From NCBI GenBank assembly GCA_030390025.1, contig JASTWF010000187.1, positions 496,001 through 560,000 of the forward strand: a stretch of DNA of 64,000 nucleotides. Reading direction: 5' to 3'. Below, piece by piece: positions 1-13,424 of the stretch; positions within the stretch are counted from its first letter, which is position 1; each line of letters opens with the position of its first letter. The translations under genes and the position numbers were made by a program. Below the pieces are notes generated by a model. That model searched no databases, was not told the DNA's origin, and saw only the letters and a program-made list of their open reading frames with translations. This DNA comes from Squalus acanthias (Eukaryota).

Positions 1-3000
1 GATACAATGTGTTCCTGATACACTGTGTCCTGATATACTGTGTCGCTGGTACACTGTTTCCTGGTACACTGTGTCCTGATACACTGTGTCCTGATACACT
101 GTGTCCCTGATACACTGTGTCCTGATATACTGTGTCCTGATAAACTGTGTCCTGATATACAGTGTTCCTGATACACTGTTTACTGATATACCGTGTCGTG
201 ATACATTGTGTCCTGACATACTGTGTCCTGATATACTTTGTCCTGATACACTGTGTCCTGATACACTGTGTCCTGATACACTGTGTCCTGATATACTGTG
301 TTCCTGATACACTGTTGTCTGATACATTGTGTCCTGATATACTGTGCCCTGATATACTGTGTGCTGATACACTGTGTCCCTGATATACTGTGTCCTGATA
401 CACTGTGTGCTGATATACTGTGTCCCTGATACACTGTGTCCTGAAACACTGTGTCCTGATACACTGTGTCCTGATACACTTTGTCCTGATATACTGTGTC
501 CTGATACGCTGTGTCCCTGATACACTGTGTCCTGATATACTGTGTCCTGATATACTGTGTCCAGATACACTGTGTCCAGATATACTGTGTCCTGATACAC
601 TGTGTCCTGATAGTGTGTCCTGATATACTGTGTCCTGATACACTGTGTCCTGATATACTGTACCCTGATACACTGTGTCCTGGTACACTGTGTCCCTGAT
701 ATACTGTGTCCTGATACACTGTGTCCTGATATACGGTGTCCCTGATACACTGTGTTCCTGATACACTGTGTCCTGATACACTGTGTCCTGATATACTGTG
801 TCCTGATGCACTGTGTCCTGATACACTGTGTCCTGATATACTGTTTCCTAATATACTGTGTCCTGATACACTGTGTCCCTGATACACTGTGTCCTGATAC
901 ACTGTGTCCCTTTTATACTGTGTCCTGATAAACTGTGTCCTGATACACTGTGTCCTGATATACTGTATCCTGATACACTGTGTCCTGATACACTGGGTCC
1001 TGATAAACTTTGTCCTGATATACTCTGTCCTGATACACTTTGTCCTGATGCACTGTGTCCTGATTAACTGTGTCCTGATACAATGTGTCCTGATATACTG
1101 TGTCCTGATATACTGTGTCCTGATACACTGTGTTCCTGATACACTGTGTCCTGATATACTGTGCCCTGATACACTGTGTTCCTGATACACTGTGTTCTGA
1201 TATACTGTGTCCCTGATACACTGTGTCCTGATATACTGTGTCCTGATACAATGTGTTCCTGATACACTGTGTCCTGATATACTGTGTCGCTGGTACACTG
1301 TTTCCTGGTACACTGTGTCCTGATACACTGTGTCCTGATACACTGTGTCCCTGATACACTGTGTCCTGATATACTGTGTCCTGATAAACTGTGTCCTGAT
1401 ATACAGTGTTCCTGATACACTGTTTACTGATATACCGTGTCGTGATACATTGTGTCCTGACATATTGTGTCCTGATATACTTTGTCCTGATACACTGTGT
1501 CCTGATACACTGTGTCCTGATACACTGTGTCCTGATATACTGTGTTCCTGATACACTGTTGTCTGATACATTGTGTCCTGATATACTGTGCCCTGATATA
1601 CTGTGTGCTGATACACTGTGTCCCTGATATACTGTGTCCTGATACACTGTGTGCTGATATACTGTGTCCCTTATACACTGTGTCCTGAAACACTGTGTCC
1701 TGATACACTGTGTCCTGATACACTTTGTCCTGATATACTGTGTCCTGATACGCTGTGTCCCTGATACACTGTGTCCTGATATACTGTGTCCTGATATACT
1801 GTGTCCAGATACACTGTGTCCAGATATACTGTGTCCTGATACACTGTGTCCTGATAGTGTGTCCTGATATACTGTGTCCTGATACACTGTGTCCTGATAT
1901 ACTGTACCCTGATACACTGTGTCCTGGTACACTGTGTCCCTGATATACTGTGTCCTGATACACTGTGTCCTGATATACGGTGTCCCTGATACACTGTGTT
2001 CCTGATACACTGTGTCCTGATACACTGTGTCCTGATATACTGTGTCCTGATGCACTGTGTCCTGATACACTGTGTCCTGATATACTGTTTCCTAATATAC
2101 TGTGTCCTGATACACTGTGTCCCTGATACACTGTGTCCTGATACACTGTGTCCCTTTTATACTGTGTCCTGATAAACTGTGTCCTGATACACTGTGTCCT
2201 GATATACTGTATCCTGATACACTGTGTCCTGATACACTGGGTCCTGATAAACTTTGTCCTGATATACTCTGTCCTGATACACTTTGTCCTGATGCACTGT
2301 GTCCTGATTAACTGTGTCCTGATACAATGTGTCCTGATATACTGTGTCCTGATATACTGTGTCCTGATACACTGTGTTCCTGATACACTGTGTCCTGATA
2401 AACTGTGTCCTGATACACTGTGTCCTGATAAACTGTATCCTGATACACTGTTTCCTGATATACTGTGTCCTGATACACTGTGCCCTGATACACTGTGCCC
2501 TGATACACTGTGTCCCTGATATACTGTGTCCTGATAAACTGTGTCCTGATAAACTGTGTCCTGATATAGTGTTTCCCTGATACACTGTGTCCTGATATAC
2601 TGTGTCCTGATACATTGTGTTCCTGATACACTGTGTCCTGATATACTGTGTCCTGATACACTGTGTCCTGATATACTGTGTCCTGATACACTGTGTTCCT
2701 GATACTCTGTGTCCTGATACATTGTGTCCTGATAAACTGTGTCCCTGGTACACTGTGTCCTGATACACTGTGTCCTGATACACTGTGTCCCTGATACACT
2801 GTGTCCTGATATACTGTGTCCTGATACACTGTGTCCTGATATACTGTGTTCCTGATACACTGTGTACTGATATACGTGTCCCTGATTCACTGTGTCCTGA
2901 TACACTGTGTCCTGATATACTGTGGCCTGATACACTGTGTTCCTGATACACTGTGTACTGATATACCGTGTCCCTGATTCACTGTGTCCTGATAAACTGT

Positions 3001-6000
3001 GTCCTGATATACCGTGTCCCTGATACACTGTGTCCTGATATACTGTGTCGTGATACACTGTGGCCTGATACACTGTGTCCAGATATACTGTGTCCTGATA
3101 TACTGTGTCCTGATACACTGTGTCCTGATATACTGTGTCCTGATACACTGTGTCCTGATTTACTGTGCCCTGATACACTGTGTCCTGATACACTGTGTCC
3201 CTGATACACTGTGTCCTGATACACTGTGTCCTGATATACTGTGTCCTGATATACTGTGTCCTGCTACACTGTATTCCTGATACACTGTGTCTGATATACT
3301 GTGTCCCTGATACACTGTGTCCTGATACACTGTGTCCTGATACACTTTGTCCTGATACACTGGGTCCTGATATATTGTGTCCCTGATACACTGTGTCCTG
3401 ATATACTGTGTCCTGATACACTGTGTTCCTGATACACTGTGTCCTGATATACTGTGTCCTGATACACTGTGTCCTGACATACTGTGTCCTGATACACTGT
3501 GTACTGATATACCGTGTCCTGATACACTGTGTTCCTGATACACTGTGTCCTGATAAACTGTGTCCTGATACACTGTGTCCTGATAAACTGTATCCTGATA
3601 CACTGTTTCGTGATATACTGTGTCCTGATACACTGTGCCCTGATACACTGTGCCCTGATACACTGTGTTCCTGATACACTGTGTCCTGATATACTGTGCC
3701 CTGATACACTGTGTTCCTGATACACTGTGTTCTGATATACTGTGTCCCTGATACACTGTGTCCTGATATACTGTGTCCTGATACAATGTGTTCCTGATAC
3801 ACTGTGTCCTGATATACTGTGTCGCTGGTACACTGTTTCCTGGTACACTGTGTCCTGATACACTGTGTCCTGATACACTGTGTCCCTGATACACTGTGTC
3901 CTGATATACTGTGTCCTGATAAACTGTGTCCTGATATACAGTGTTCCTGATACACTGTTTACTGATATACCGTGTCGTGATACATTGTGTCCTGACATAT
4001 TGTGTCCTGATATACTTTGTCCTGATACACTGTGTCCTGATACACTGTGTCCTGATACACTGTGTCCTGATATACTGTGTCCTGATACACTGTTGTCTGA
4101 TACATTGTGTCCTGATATACTGTGCCCTGATATACTGTGTGCTGATACACTGTGTCCTGATATACTGTGTCCTGATACACTGTGTCCTGATATACTGTGT
4201 CCCTGATACACTGTGTCCTGATACACTGTGTCCTGATACACTGTGTCCTGATACACTGTGTCCTGATATACTGTGTCCTGATACACTGTGTCCCTGATAC
4301 ACTGTGTCCTGATATACTGTGTCCTGATATACTGTGTCCCTGATACACTGTGTCCAGATATACTGTGTCCTGATACACTGTGTCCTGATACAGTGTGTCC
4401 TGATATACTGTGTCCTGATACACTGTGTCCTGATATACTGTACCTGATACACTGTGTCCTGATACACTGTGTCCCTGATATACTGTGTCCTGATACACTG
4501 TGTCCTGATATACGGTGTCCCTGATACACTGTGTCCTGATAAACTGTGTCCTGATAGTCAGTGTCCTGATAAACTGTGTCCTGATACACTGTGTCCTGAT
4601 ACACTGTGTCCTGATATACTGTGTCCTGATATACTGTGTCCTGATACACTGTGTCCCTGATACACTGTGTCCTGATACACTGTGTCCCTTTTATACTGTG
4701 TCCTGATAAACTGTGTCCTGATACACTGTGTCCTGATATACTGTATCCTGATACACTGTGTCCTGATACACTGGTCCTGATAAACTTTGTCCTGATATAC
4801 TCTGTCCTGATACACTTTGTCCTGATGCACTGTGTCCTGATTAACTGTGTCCTGATACAATGTGTCCTGATATACTGTGTCCTGATATACTGTGTCCTGA
4901 TACACTGTGTTCCTGATACACTGTGTCCTGATAAACTGTGTCCTGATACACTGTGTCCTGATAACTGTATCCTGATACACTGTTTCCTGATATACTGTGT
5001 CCTGATACACTGTGCCCTGATACACTGTGCCCTGATACACTGTGTCCCTGATATACTGTGTCCTGATAAACTGTGTCCTGATAAACTGTGTCCTGATATA
5101 GTGTTTCCCTGATACACTGTGTCCTGATATACTGTGTCCTGATACATTGTGTTCCTGATACACTGTGTCCTGATATACTGTGTCCTGATACACTGTGTCC
5201 TGATATACTGTGTCCTGATACACTGTGTTCCTGATACTCTGTGTCCTGATACATTGTGTCCTGATAAACTGTGTCCCTGGTACACTGTGTCCTGATACAC
5301 TGTGTCCTGATACACTGTGTCCCTGATACACTGTGTCCTGATATACTGTGTCCTGATACACTGTGTCCTGATATACTGTGTTCCTGATACACTGTGTACT
5401 GATATAACGTGTCCCTGATTCACTGTGTCCTGATACAGTGTGTCCTGATATACTGTGTCCTGATACACTGTGTTCCTGATACACTGTGTACTGATATACC
5501 GTGTCCCTGATTCACTGTGTCCTGATAAACTGTGTCCTGATATACCGTGTCCCTGATACACTGTGTCCTGATATACTGTGTCGTGATACACTGTGGCCTG
5601 ATACACTGTGTCCAGATATACTGTGTCCTGATATACTGTGTCCTGATACACTGTGTCCTGATATACTGTGTCCTGATACACTGTGTCCTGATTTACTGTG
5701 CCCTGATACACTGTGTCCTGATACACTGTGTCCCTGATACACTGTGTCCTGATACACTGTGTCCTGATATACTGTGTCCTGATATACTGTGTCCTGATAC
5801 ACTGTATTCCTGATACACTGTGTTCTGATATACTGTGTCCCTGATACACTGTGTCCTGATACACTGTGTCCTGATACACTTTGTCCTGATACACTGGGTC
5901 CTGATATATTGTGTCCCTGATACACTGTGTCCTGATATACTGTGTCCTGATACACTGTGTTCCTGATACACTGTGTCCTGATATACTGTGTCCTGATACA

Positions 6001-8085
6001 CTGTGTCCTGACATACTGTGTTCCTGATACACTGTGTACTGATATACCGTGTCCTGATACACTGTGTTCCTGATACACTGTGTCCTGATAAACTGTGTCC
6101 TGATACACTGTGTCCTGATAAACTGTATCCTGATACACTGTTTCGTGATATACTGTGTCCTGATACACTGTGCCCTGATACACTGTGCCCTGATACACTG
6201 TGTCCCTGATATACTGTGTCCTGATAAACTGTGTCCTGATAAACTGTGTCCTGATATAGTGTTTCCCTGATACACTGTGTCCTGATATACTGTGTCCTGA
6301 TACATTGTGTTCCTGATACACTGTGTCCTGATATACTGTGTCCTGATACACTGTGTCCTGATATACTGTGTCCTGATACACTGTGTTCCTGATACTCTGT
6401 GTCCTGATACATTGTGTCCTGATAAACTGTGTCCCTGGTACACTGTGTCCTGATACACTGTGTCCTGATACACTGTGTCCCTGATACACTGTGTCCTGAT
6501 ATACTGTGTCCTGATACACTGTGTCCTGATATACTGTGTTCCTGATACACTGTGTACTGATATAACGTGTCCCTGATTCACTGTGTCCTGATACAGTGTG
6601 TCCTGATATACTGTGTCCTGATACACTGTGTTCCTGATACACTGTGTACTGATATACCGTGTCCCTGATTCACTGTGTCCTGATAAACTGTGTCCTGATA
6701 TACCGTGTCCCTGATACACTGTGTCCTGATATACTGTGTCGTGATACACTGTGGCCTGATACACTGTGTCCTGATATACTGTGTCCTGATATACTGTGTC
6801 CTGATACACTGTGTCCTGATATACTGTGTCCTGATACACTGTGTCCTGATTTACTGTGCCCTGATACACTGTGTCCTGATACACTGTGTCCCTGATACAC
6901 TGTGTCCTGATACACTGTGTCCTGATATACTGTGTCCTGATATACTGTGTCCTGATACACTGTATTCCTGATACACTGTGTTCTGATATACTGTGTCCCT
7001 GATACACTGTGTCCTGATACACTGTGTCCTGATACACTTTGTCCTGATACACTGGGTCCTGATATATTGTGTCCCTGATACACTGTGTCCTGATACACTG
7101 TGTCCTGATACACTGTGTTCCTGATACACTGTGTCCTGATATACTGTGTCGCTGGTACACTGTGTCCTGGTACACTGTGTCCTGATACACTTTGTCCTGA
7201 TACACTGTGTCCCTGATACACTGTGTCCTGATATACTGTGTCCTGATACACTGTGTCCTGACATACTGTGTTCCTGATACACTGTGTACTGATATACCGT
7301 GTCCTGATACATTGTGTCCTGATATACTGTGTCCTGATATACTGTGTCCTGATAGACTGTGTCCTGATATCCTGTGTCCTGATACACTGTGTCCTGATAT
7401 ACTGTGTTCCTGATACACTGTGTACTGATATACCGTGTCCCTGATTCACTGTGTCCTGATACACTGTGTCCTGATATACTGTGTCCTGTTACACTGTGTC
7501 CTGATATACTGTGTTAGAAGGACTGTGTCCTGATACACTGTGTCCTGATATACTGTGTTCCTGATACACTGTGGCCTGATATACTATGTCCCTGGTACAC
7601 TGTGTCCTGATATACTGTGTCCTGATACACTGTTTCCCTGATACACTGTGGGCTGATATACTATGTCCCTGGTACACTGTGTCCTGATATACTGTGTCCT
7701 GATACACTGTGTCCCTGATACACTGTGTCCTGATATACTCTGTCCCTGATATACTGTGTCCCTGTTATACTGTGTCCCTGATATATTGTGTCCCTGATAT
7801 ACTGTGTCCCTGATATACTGTGTCCCTGATACACTGTTTCCCTGATACACTGTGTCCCTGATATACAGTGTCCTGATACACTTTGTCCCTGATACACTTT
7901 GTCCCTGATACACTTTGTCCCTGATACACTGTGTCCTGATATACTGTGTCCCTGATACACTGTGTCCTGATCCACTGTGTCCTGATACATTGTGTCCTGA
8001 TACACTGTGTCCCTGATACCCTGTGTCCTGATATACTGTGTCCCTGATACACTGTGTCCTGATAAACTGTATCCCTGATACCAGT
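1..8085. repeat. 15-bp satellite (consensus CCTGATA[C/T]ACTGTGT, with 16-bp variants), ~8 kb, with higher-order duplications
   Basis: Continuous tandem array of roughly 500 units. A diagnostic variant block recurs at 1, 1245 and 3780, and another is offset by 1158 (5484/6642). It runs off the left edge of the window. Confidence 0.98.
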
Positions 8086-8589
8086 GTAGGTCACACAGTC
8101 GGTCGTTATTGATGTTCGCTGCAATGATTTGGATGCCGGGATTTGCTGATCGCATTGTCGGTTCTCATTCACCAGCTTCTCTCTTAAAAAGCTGATCTGA
8201 AGCGGGCGGGCCTCACATTCTTATGTTTCTCTGTCAACTCACTCCTTAATTATCAGCCAAGCGGACTTCTTCTACAGCTAATTTTATAAATAACTGCCTT
8301 AGGGTCACAGACTATGCAATGCAATTTGAGAAACTTGTATAATGTGAGGTGTTTGCACTCATCTCCAGACCCAAATCGTGCAGCTATAGTCATCCACATT
8401 GTAAATGCAATCACATTACCCATCTCCCGCATTCAGTTACATAGACCTAAAGCAATTCATATTACAAGGGATACTTTATTGGTGCAGAGTGAAGGAATAG
8501 GTACCGGGAGATGGAGTAACACACACTGGCATTCTCTTTGACCTTGATAATGTAATTCAATCTTACAGATTCACTCCTCCTGTAAATAG

Positions 8590-8740
8590 TGAGGAAATTA
8601 AGGGATTAATTTACAGTCCTGATATGAGTCCCTTCTGTTGGTGATGTGGAGGGTGTGACGTGGCTCCAGTAGCCGCCTCTATCAGGGAATCAATAGGCGG
8701 CGCCTGTAACATCGCCCCCATCTGCCGGGTATTTAACTGC
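8590..8740 (+). promoter_or_regulatory. Putative VH promoter: Ets/PU.1-like GAGGAA (8591), CRE-like TGACGT (8656-8661), TATA-like TATTTAA (8730-8736)
   Basis: Motifs lie 90-240 bp upstream of the leader ATG. No ATGCAAAT octamer was seen, consistent with the known octamer-less, CRE-type shark IgH promoters. Confidence 0.5.
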
Positions 8741-8828
8741 CGGTTACTGGGACCGCACTACAACAGTCCGGGAGCGGGTTTGCTCAGTGAGTTCTTGCCA
8801 GAACAATTTACCACACATTGCCAGAAGG

Positions 8829-8874
8829 ATGAGGTCGGCGATTTCTCTCGGTCTGTTGCTGGCTTTCTTATCTG
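8829..8874 (+). CDS. IgH leader exon MRSAISLGLLLAFLS(G)
   Basis: ATG at 8829, hydrophobic signal peptide, 46 nt, phase-1 donor G|GTGAGT. A 128-bp intron ends in a poly-T ...TTACAG. Confidence 0.95.
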
Positions 8875-9002
8875 GTGAGTAGTTTTTATTGTCCTGGTCT
8901 CTCACTGTTACTGTCTCAGTGTTCGTCTCTCTCTGGAATATTACAGAGTCAGGAATCATTTCACCAGGGTTAATCCTCGGGGTTTTTGATTTTTTTTTAC
9001 AG

Positions 9003-9368
9003 GTATCCAGTCAGATGTCGTGTTGACTCAGCCAAAGGCAGAGACCGGGCATCCCGGAGGCTCCCTGAGACTGACCTGTAAAACCAGCGGGTTCGATCTT
9101 GACAGATACTACATGCATTGGGTCCGATAGGTTCCCGGACAGGGGCTGGAGTGGCTGGTTAGCTATCGCAGTACATCGAACAACGTCTATGCCCCAGCGA
9201 TTTTGAGCCGATTTACTGCATCCAAATACATTTCAGACAGAATCTTCGCGTTGAACATGAAGACCCTGAGGACCGAAGACACCGCCATCTATTACTGTGC
9301 AAGAGAAACTATGCGGCACAGGGTCATGGGCCACTGGGGAGAAGGGACCATGGTGACGGTGGCTGCAG
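9003..9368 (+). pseudogene. IGHV: Joined VH-D-JH exon with in-frame stop
   Basis: Reads [52 protein letters not shown]...[31 protein letters not shown], then donor G|GTAAG. Both canonical Cys, the FR2 Trp and the WGxG motif are present. There are no RSS between V and J. Confidence 0.96.
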
Positions 9369-11479
9369 GTAAGAAACATGCACTCATTCACTAACTGTTG
9401 TCTTTGTGTTTTAATTTTATATTTCTGTTTAATTTAATAATTATTTCATTCACTGAAACTTGGGTTCGGTGGATTATGTATTGACATGTTTTGCAACGTT
9501 TCATTTGATTCTGCTGCAAAGGGATCATAGATTTAAACTGTTTCTCCACTGAAAATGTTGTTGAGGGATTGAGCCCCTGATTGATTTGATTTGGTGTTTA
9601 TCTGCTGAGGAGGCTGTGTGCCTGGGTTACTTTAAACACCTAACGGTTGTTAAACTGATTAACCTTTCTGCAATTTTTATTCTGCTCTATACGGGATAGA
9701 ACGATAGACAAAGGGTAGATTATATCTGAGAGTTATGTTTCATTCTTATTAATATTAAATTGATGAACAATGTCTCTCCTCCATTTGCTCATTAAGTTTC
9801 AGTGCAGCAGATGGTCTGAATGAATTATTCTCGTCCAGTTTTACACAGATCATACTGGAAATTATTTTCAATAAATAGCAGACTATATTTAAAAATGAAT
9901 TTACGGGCATTCTGTGAATTACAGGAGTAAAATATAACAGATTATCTGTGTTATTAAATAGCATAGGCTCTGTTACTAACTGCAAACTGCCCGGGTGATT
10001 TTTACTTAATAAACATATTTTTTCGGGTTACGATTGAGGAGAATATTTCAACTCGAGAGTCCAGCTTTAGTAAACAGGCGGTGTTACAGCCCATCGGTAG
10101 TTAGTCAGATTTGACCCCAGCCGGATATTGAAATATTTAAAACAATCCACTCCTAAGTCCATAATGTGAACTACACGCTGAGAATACACGGAGATTATGC
10201 TATATCAGAAAGTTAAGATACATGATGAGTTTTAAAAGGTGTAGGTAGCGAACTGGACAGTATTAGAAGTTCGTGATCATTTTTAATTATTCAAATGTGT
10301 TTCGATTTAAGTAAAAATAATATATTTGTCTGATTGTATTTAAGTATTAATATGATGATTAATATTTTAATATTGACGTTTTATCGTGACAATTTAAATA
10401 AAAACTTAATATATCACAAGTTACCAGTCAGAAACAGGTTAAAAATTTCTAGTAATTAATGTTATTAATAAGGCTGGAGATGACAAATAACACACTGAAA
10501 TTCAAGCAGATGAATTTAATTACACCAGTTCCAGGTGCGGGTGGTTCTGAGGAGGAAGGGCCAGACAGGCTCACAGAATATTTTCAATGATACAGTGTAA
10601 CATCAGCTAACATGAGGATTAACTTGGAATATAACATCAGTGCTAATTCATTCAACATAAATGACCACTCAGAATTGCGTTGTATACTGGCCAGGATTAC
10701 AGTTACTGCAAAATCTCAAGGGTTGGAGAGAATTTTTAATGAAATCTGAAATTAATCTAGGAAACAATACATTTCTTTCTCAGCTTTGCTCGGCTCGATA
10801 ACGTGTAGCCGCAGATTTTAATGGATTAACTTCGTCTTTCCCTCGATGATTTTAAAGGTTATATTTAATTATAATATTTTACCACATCAGTGGGTAATCG
10901 TTTTTCAATGTAACTGTCTCCTGGTTTGTTAAATTCTTACTCTGCCGCTCAGCCCCGTGTTCCGGGCAGCCAATTACACTGGAATGTGAATTATTTCCAG
11001 AGACCTGTTTTCAGGAAACTTAAATCTTACACGGTTTGCAAGATTGTCGACAGAGAGGGAGAAATTGTTGGATGATGAACAGTTTTTCACATTAATACCA
11101 GTTTAATTTCAAAGAACGTGCAGAGTTGAGGTGGTCGGAAATTGACAAGAAATAAATTGAAAATCAAACAGCTTGATTGAAATTAACAGATTGAACAGAT
11201 CTATCTGCCGTGAGCACCATTGTTGCACCGTTTGTGTCTGTTCTGTTTCTGTGCGCCTGCTCACAGTGTGAGAATCAGGAGTCCTCCTGACTGGTTGTAA
11301 GACTTCTGGTTCGTTCACCTGTGTTTCAGGGAGTGTAATTTGTCTCAGTTATTTAAGGAACTTGTGTTTGTGGGAAACTTGAACAGTTGACATTGAGGTT
11401 GAGGAGGCGTCTCAGGAATGAGATCAATGACCCAGTTTGTGACATTCAGATGGACCAGTTCAGAAACACTGCAGGGAGA

Positions 11480-12180
11480 CTATGGAAGGAGCTTTAATCA
11501 GTTTATAACCCATGCTGTGCTTTACCCGGAATCTAAACCTTGATACACATGACTCGGAGTGTCTGACAGGGTAGTGTAGAAGGAATTTTACTCGGAATCT
11601 AAACCTTGCAATACTTGACGCGGAGTGTCTGACAGGGCAGTGTAGAGGGAACTTTACTGGGAATCTAAACCTTGCTATACTTGACCCGGAGTGTCTGACA
11701 GGGCAGTATAAAGGGAATTTTACTCGGAATCTAAACCTTGCTATACTTGACGCGGAGTGTCTGACAGGGCAGTGTAGAGGGAACTTTACTGGGAATCTAA
11801 ACCTTGCTATACTTGACCCGGAGTGTCTGACAGGGCAGTGTAGAAAGAACTTTACTCGGAATCAAAAACTTGATGTACTTGACCCGGAGTGTCTGACAGG
11901 GCAGTGCAGAAAGAAATTTACTCGGAATCTAAACATTGCTATACTTGACCCGGAGTGTCTGACAGGGCAGTGTAGAAAGAACTTTGCTCGGAATCTAATC
12001 CTTGTTATACTTGACCCGGAGTGCTTGACAGGGCAGTGTAGAGGGAACTTTACTGGGAATCTAAACCTTGTTATACTTGACCCGGAGTGTCTGACAGGGC
12101 AGTGTAGAGGGAACTTTACTCGGAATCTAATCCTTGTTATACTTGACCCGAAGTGTCTGGCAGGGCAGTGTAGTGGGATA
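11480..12180. repeat. 66-bp minisatellite (~10 copies), diverged relative of the 67-bp family at 13.8 kb and 28.6-30.1 kb
   Basis: Unit ...GGAATCTAAACCTTGCTATACTTGACCCGGAGTGTCTGACAGGGCAGTGTAGAGGGAACTTTACT; gives 22-aa periodicity in spurious ORFs. Confidence 0.92.
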
Positions 12181-12414
12181 TTTAATTTCAATTCAACCGC
12201 ATTGATTTACACCGCATGACAGAGTAAATCTCCCTTTGCTTTGCCCAATCGTATCTTTCCTGTATCTGACCTGAGAGTATTTGTTGCAACAGTATTGAAG
12301 GAACCTTAATCGGCATATAACTATCATGATGCGGAGATGCCGGCGTTGGACTGGGGTGGACAAAAATGAGAAGTCGCACAACACCAGGTTATAGTCCAAC
12401 AGATTTATTTAAAA

Positions 12415-12452
12415 TTACAAGCTTTCGGAGCTATCCTGCCCCTTCTTCAGGT
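12415..12452 (-). ncRNA. Minimal hammerhead ribozyme (PLE type), inverted copy
   Basis: Reverse complement of the copy at 13389-13420. Confidence 0.7.
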
Positions 12453-13385
12453 AAAGTTACACTGAATGAATCTACAAAAGTTCATAGAATATAAACACAG
12501 ATACTACAGAGATACAATCTTTCCTTATATCAAAGACACACCAAGAGCACAGCCAAGACAATGAGATGTGTCCCAGGGGGTCCAACGTGTCAAATCCTGC
12601 TGACTGCAGCAGATCTCTCTCCATAACCCTTCCTCTCTTCGTCTTTTTAGGGGTTTGTTTTTTGTGTTTATTTTTTTGTGTTTGTTTTTTAAAAAACTGG
12701 AAAGACAGACAACGATGTCAAGTCACGTTCTGTAGCGTGACATGAACCCGATATCCCTATTGAGGCCGTCCTCATGAGTGCGCAACTTGGCTATCAGTTT
12801 CTGCTCGATGATTTTGCGTTGTCGTGTGTCTCGAAGGCCGCCTTGGAGAACGCTAACCCGCAGATCCGAGGCTGAATGCCCTTGACTGCTGAAGTGTTCC
12901 CCGAATGGGAGGCAGGATAGTTGCCTCCCAGTCGGGGAACACTTCAGCAGTCAAGGGCATTCAGCCTCGGATCTGCGGGTTAGCGTTCTCCAAGGCGGCC
13001 TTCGAGATACACGACAACGCAAAATCATCGAGCAGAAACTGATAGCCAAGTTCCGCACTCATGAGGACGGCCTCAATAGGGATATCGGGTTCATGTCACG
13101 CTACAGAACGTGACTTGACATCGTTGTCTGTCTTTCCAGTATTTTAAAAAACAAACACTAAAAAACAAACACAAAAAACAAACCCCTTAAAAAGACGGAG
13201 AGAGAGGAAGGGATATGGAGAGAGATCTGCTGCAGTCAGCAGGATTTGACACGTTGGACCCCCTGGAACACATCTCATTGTCTTGGCTGTGCTCTTGGTG
13301 TGTCTTTGATGTAAGGAAAGATTGTATCTCTGTAGTATCTGTGTTTATATTCTATGAACTTTTGTAGATTCACTCAGTGTAACTT

Positions 13386-13424
13386 TACCTGAAGAAGGGG
13401 CAGGATAGCTCCGAAAGCTTGTAA
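13386..13424 (+). ncRNA. Minimal hammerhead ribozyme (PLE type)
   Basis: CTGAAGA (13389-13395), stem II GGGGC/GCTCC, GAAA (13413-13416), palindromic AAGCTT. Typical of Penelope pLTRs. Confidence 0.72.

Noticed and set aside
1-8085. CRISPR array or complete RSS array
   Set aside because: No unique spacers, vertebrate context, and no nonamer at 12 or 22/23 bp from the heptamers.
101-8172. Very long ORFs (up to 1384 aa; QDTVY/SGHSV/IRTQC repeats, and CPDTL repeats on the + strand)
   Set aside because: They arise from a stop-free 15-bp satellite. All three - strand frames are open and swap at 16-bp units; there is no gene structure.
9317-9323. Heptamer-like CACAGGG inside CDR3 as a residual RSS
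   Set aside because: No nonamer at either spacing, and it lies in frame within the coding junction.
11262-11300. CACAGTG in the J-C intron as the RSS of an extra segment
   Set aside because: No nonamer and no adjacent D- or J-like coding sequence.
10500-11460. Intronic enhancer (E-boxes CAGGTG, CACCTG, CAGATG)
   Set aside because: Plausible by position, but the motif density is not clearly above chance and cannot be supported without conservation data.
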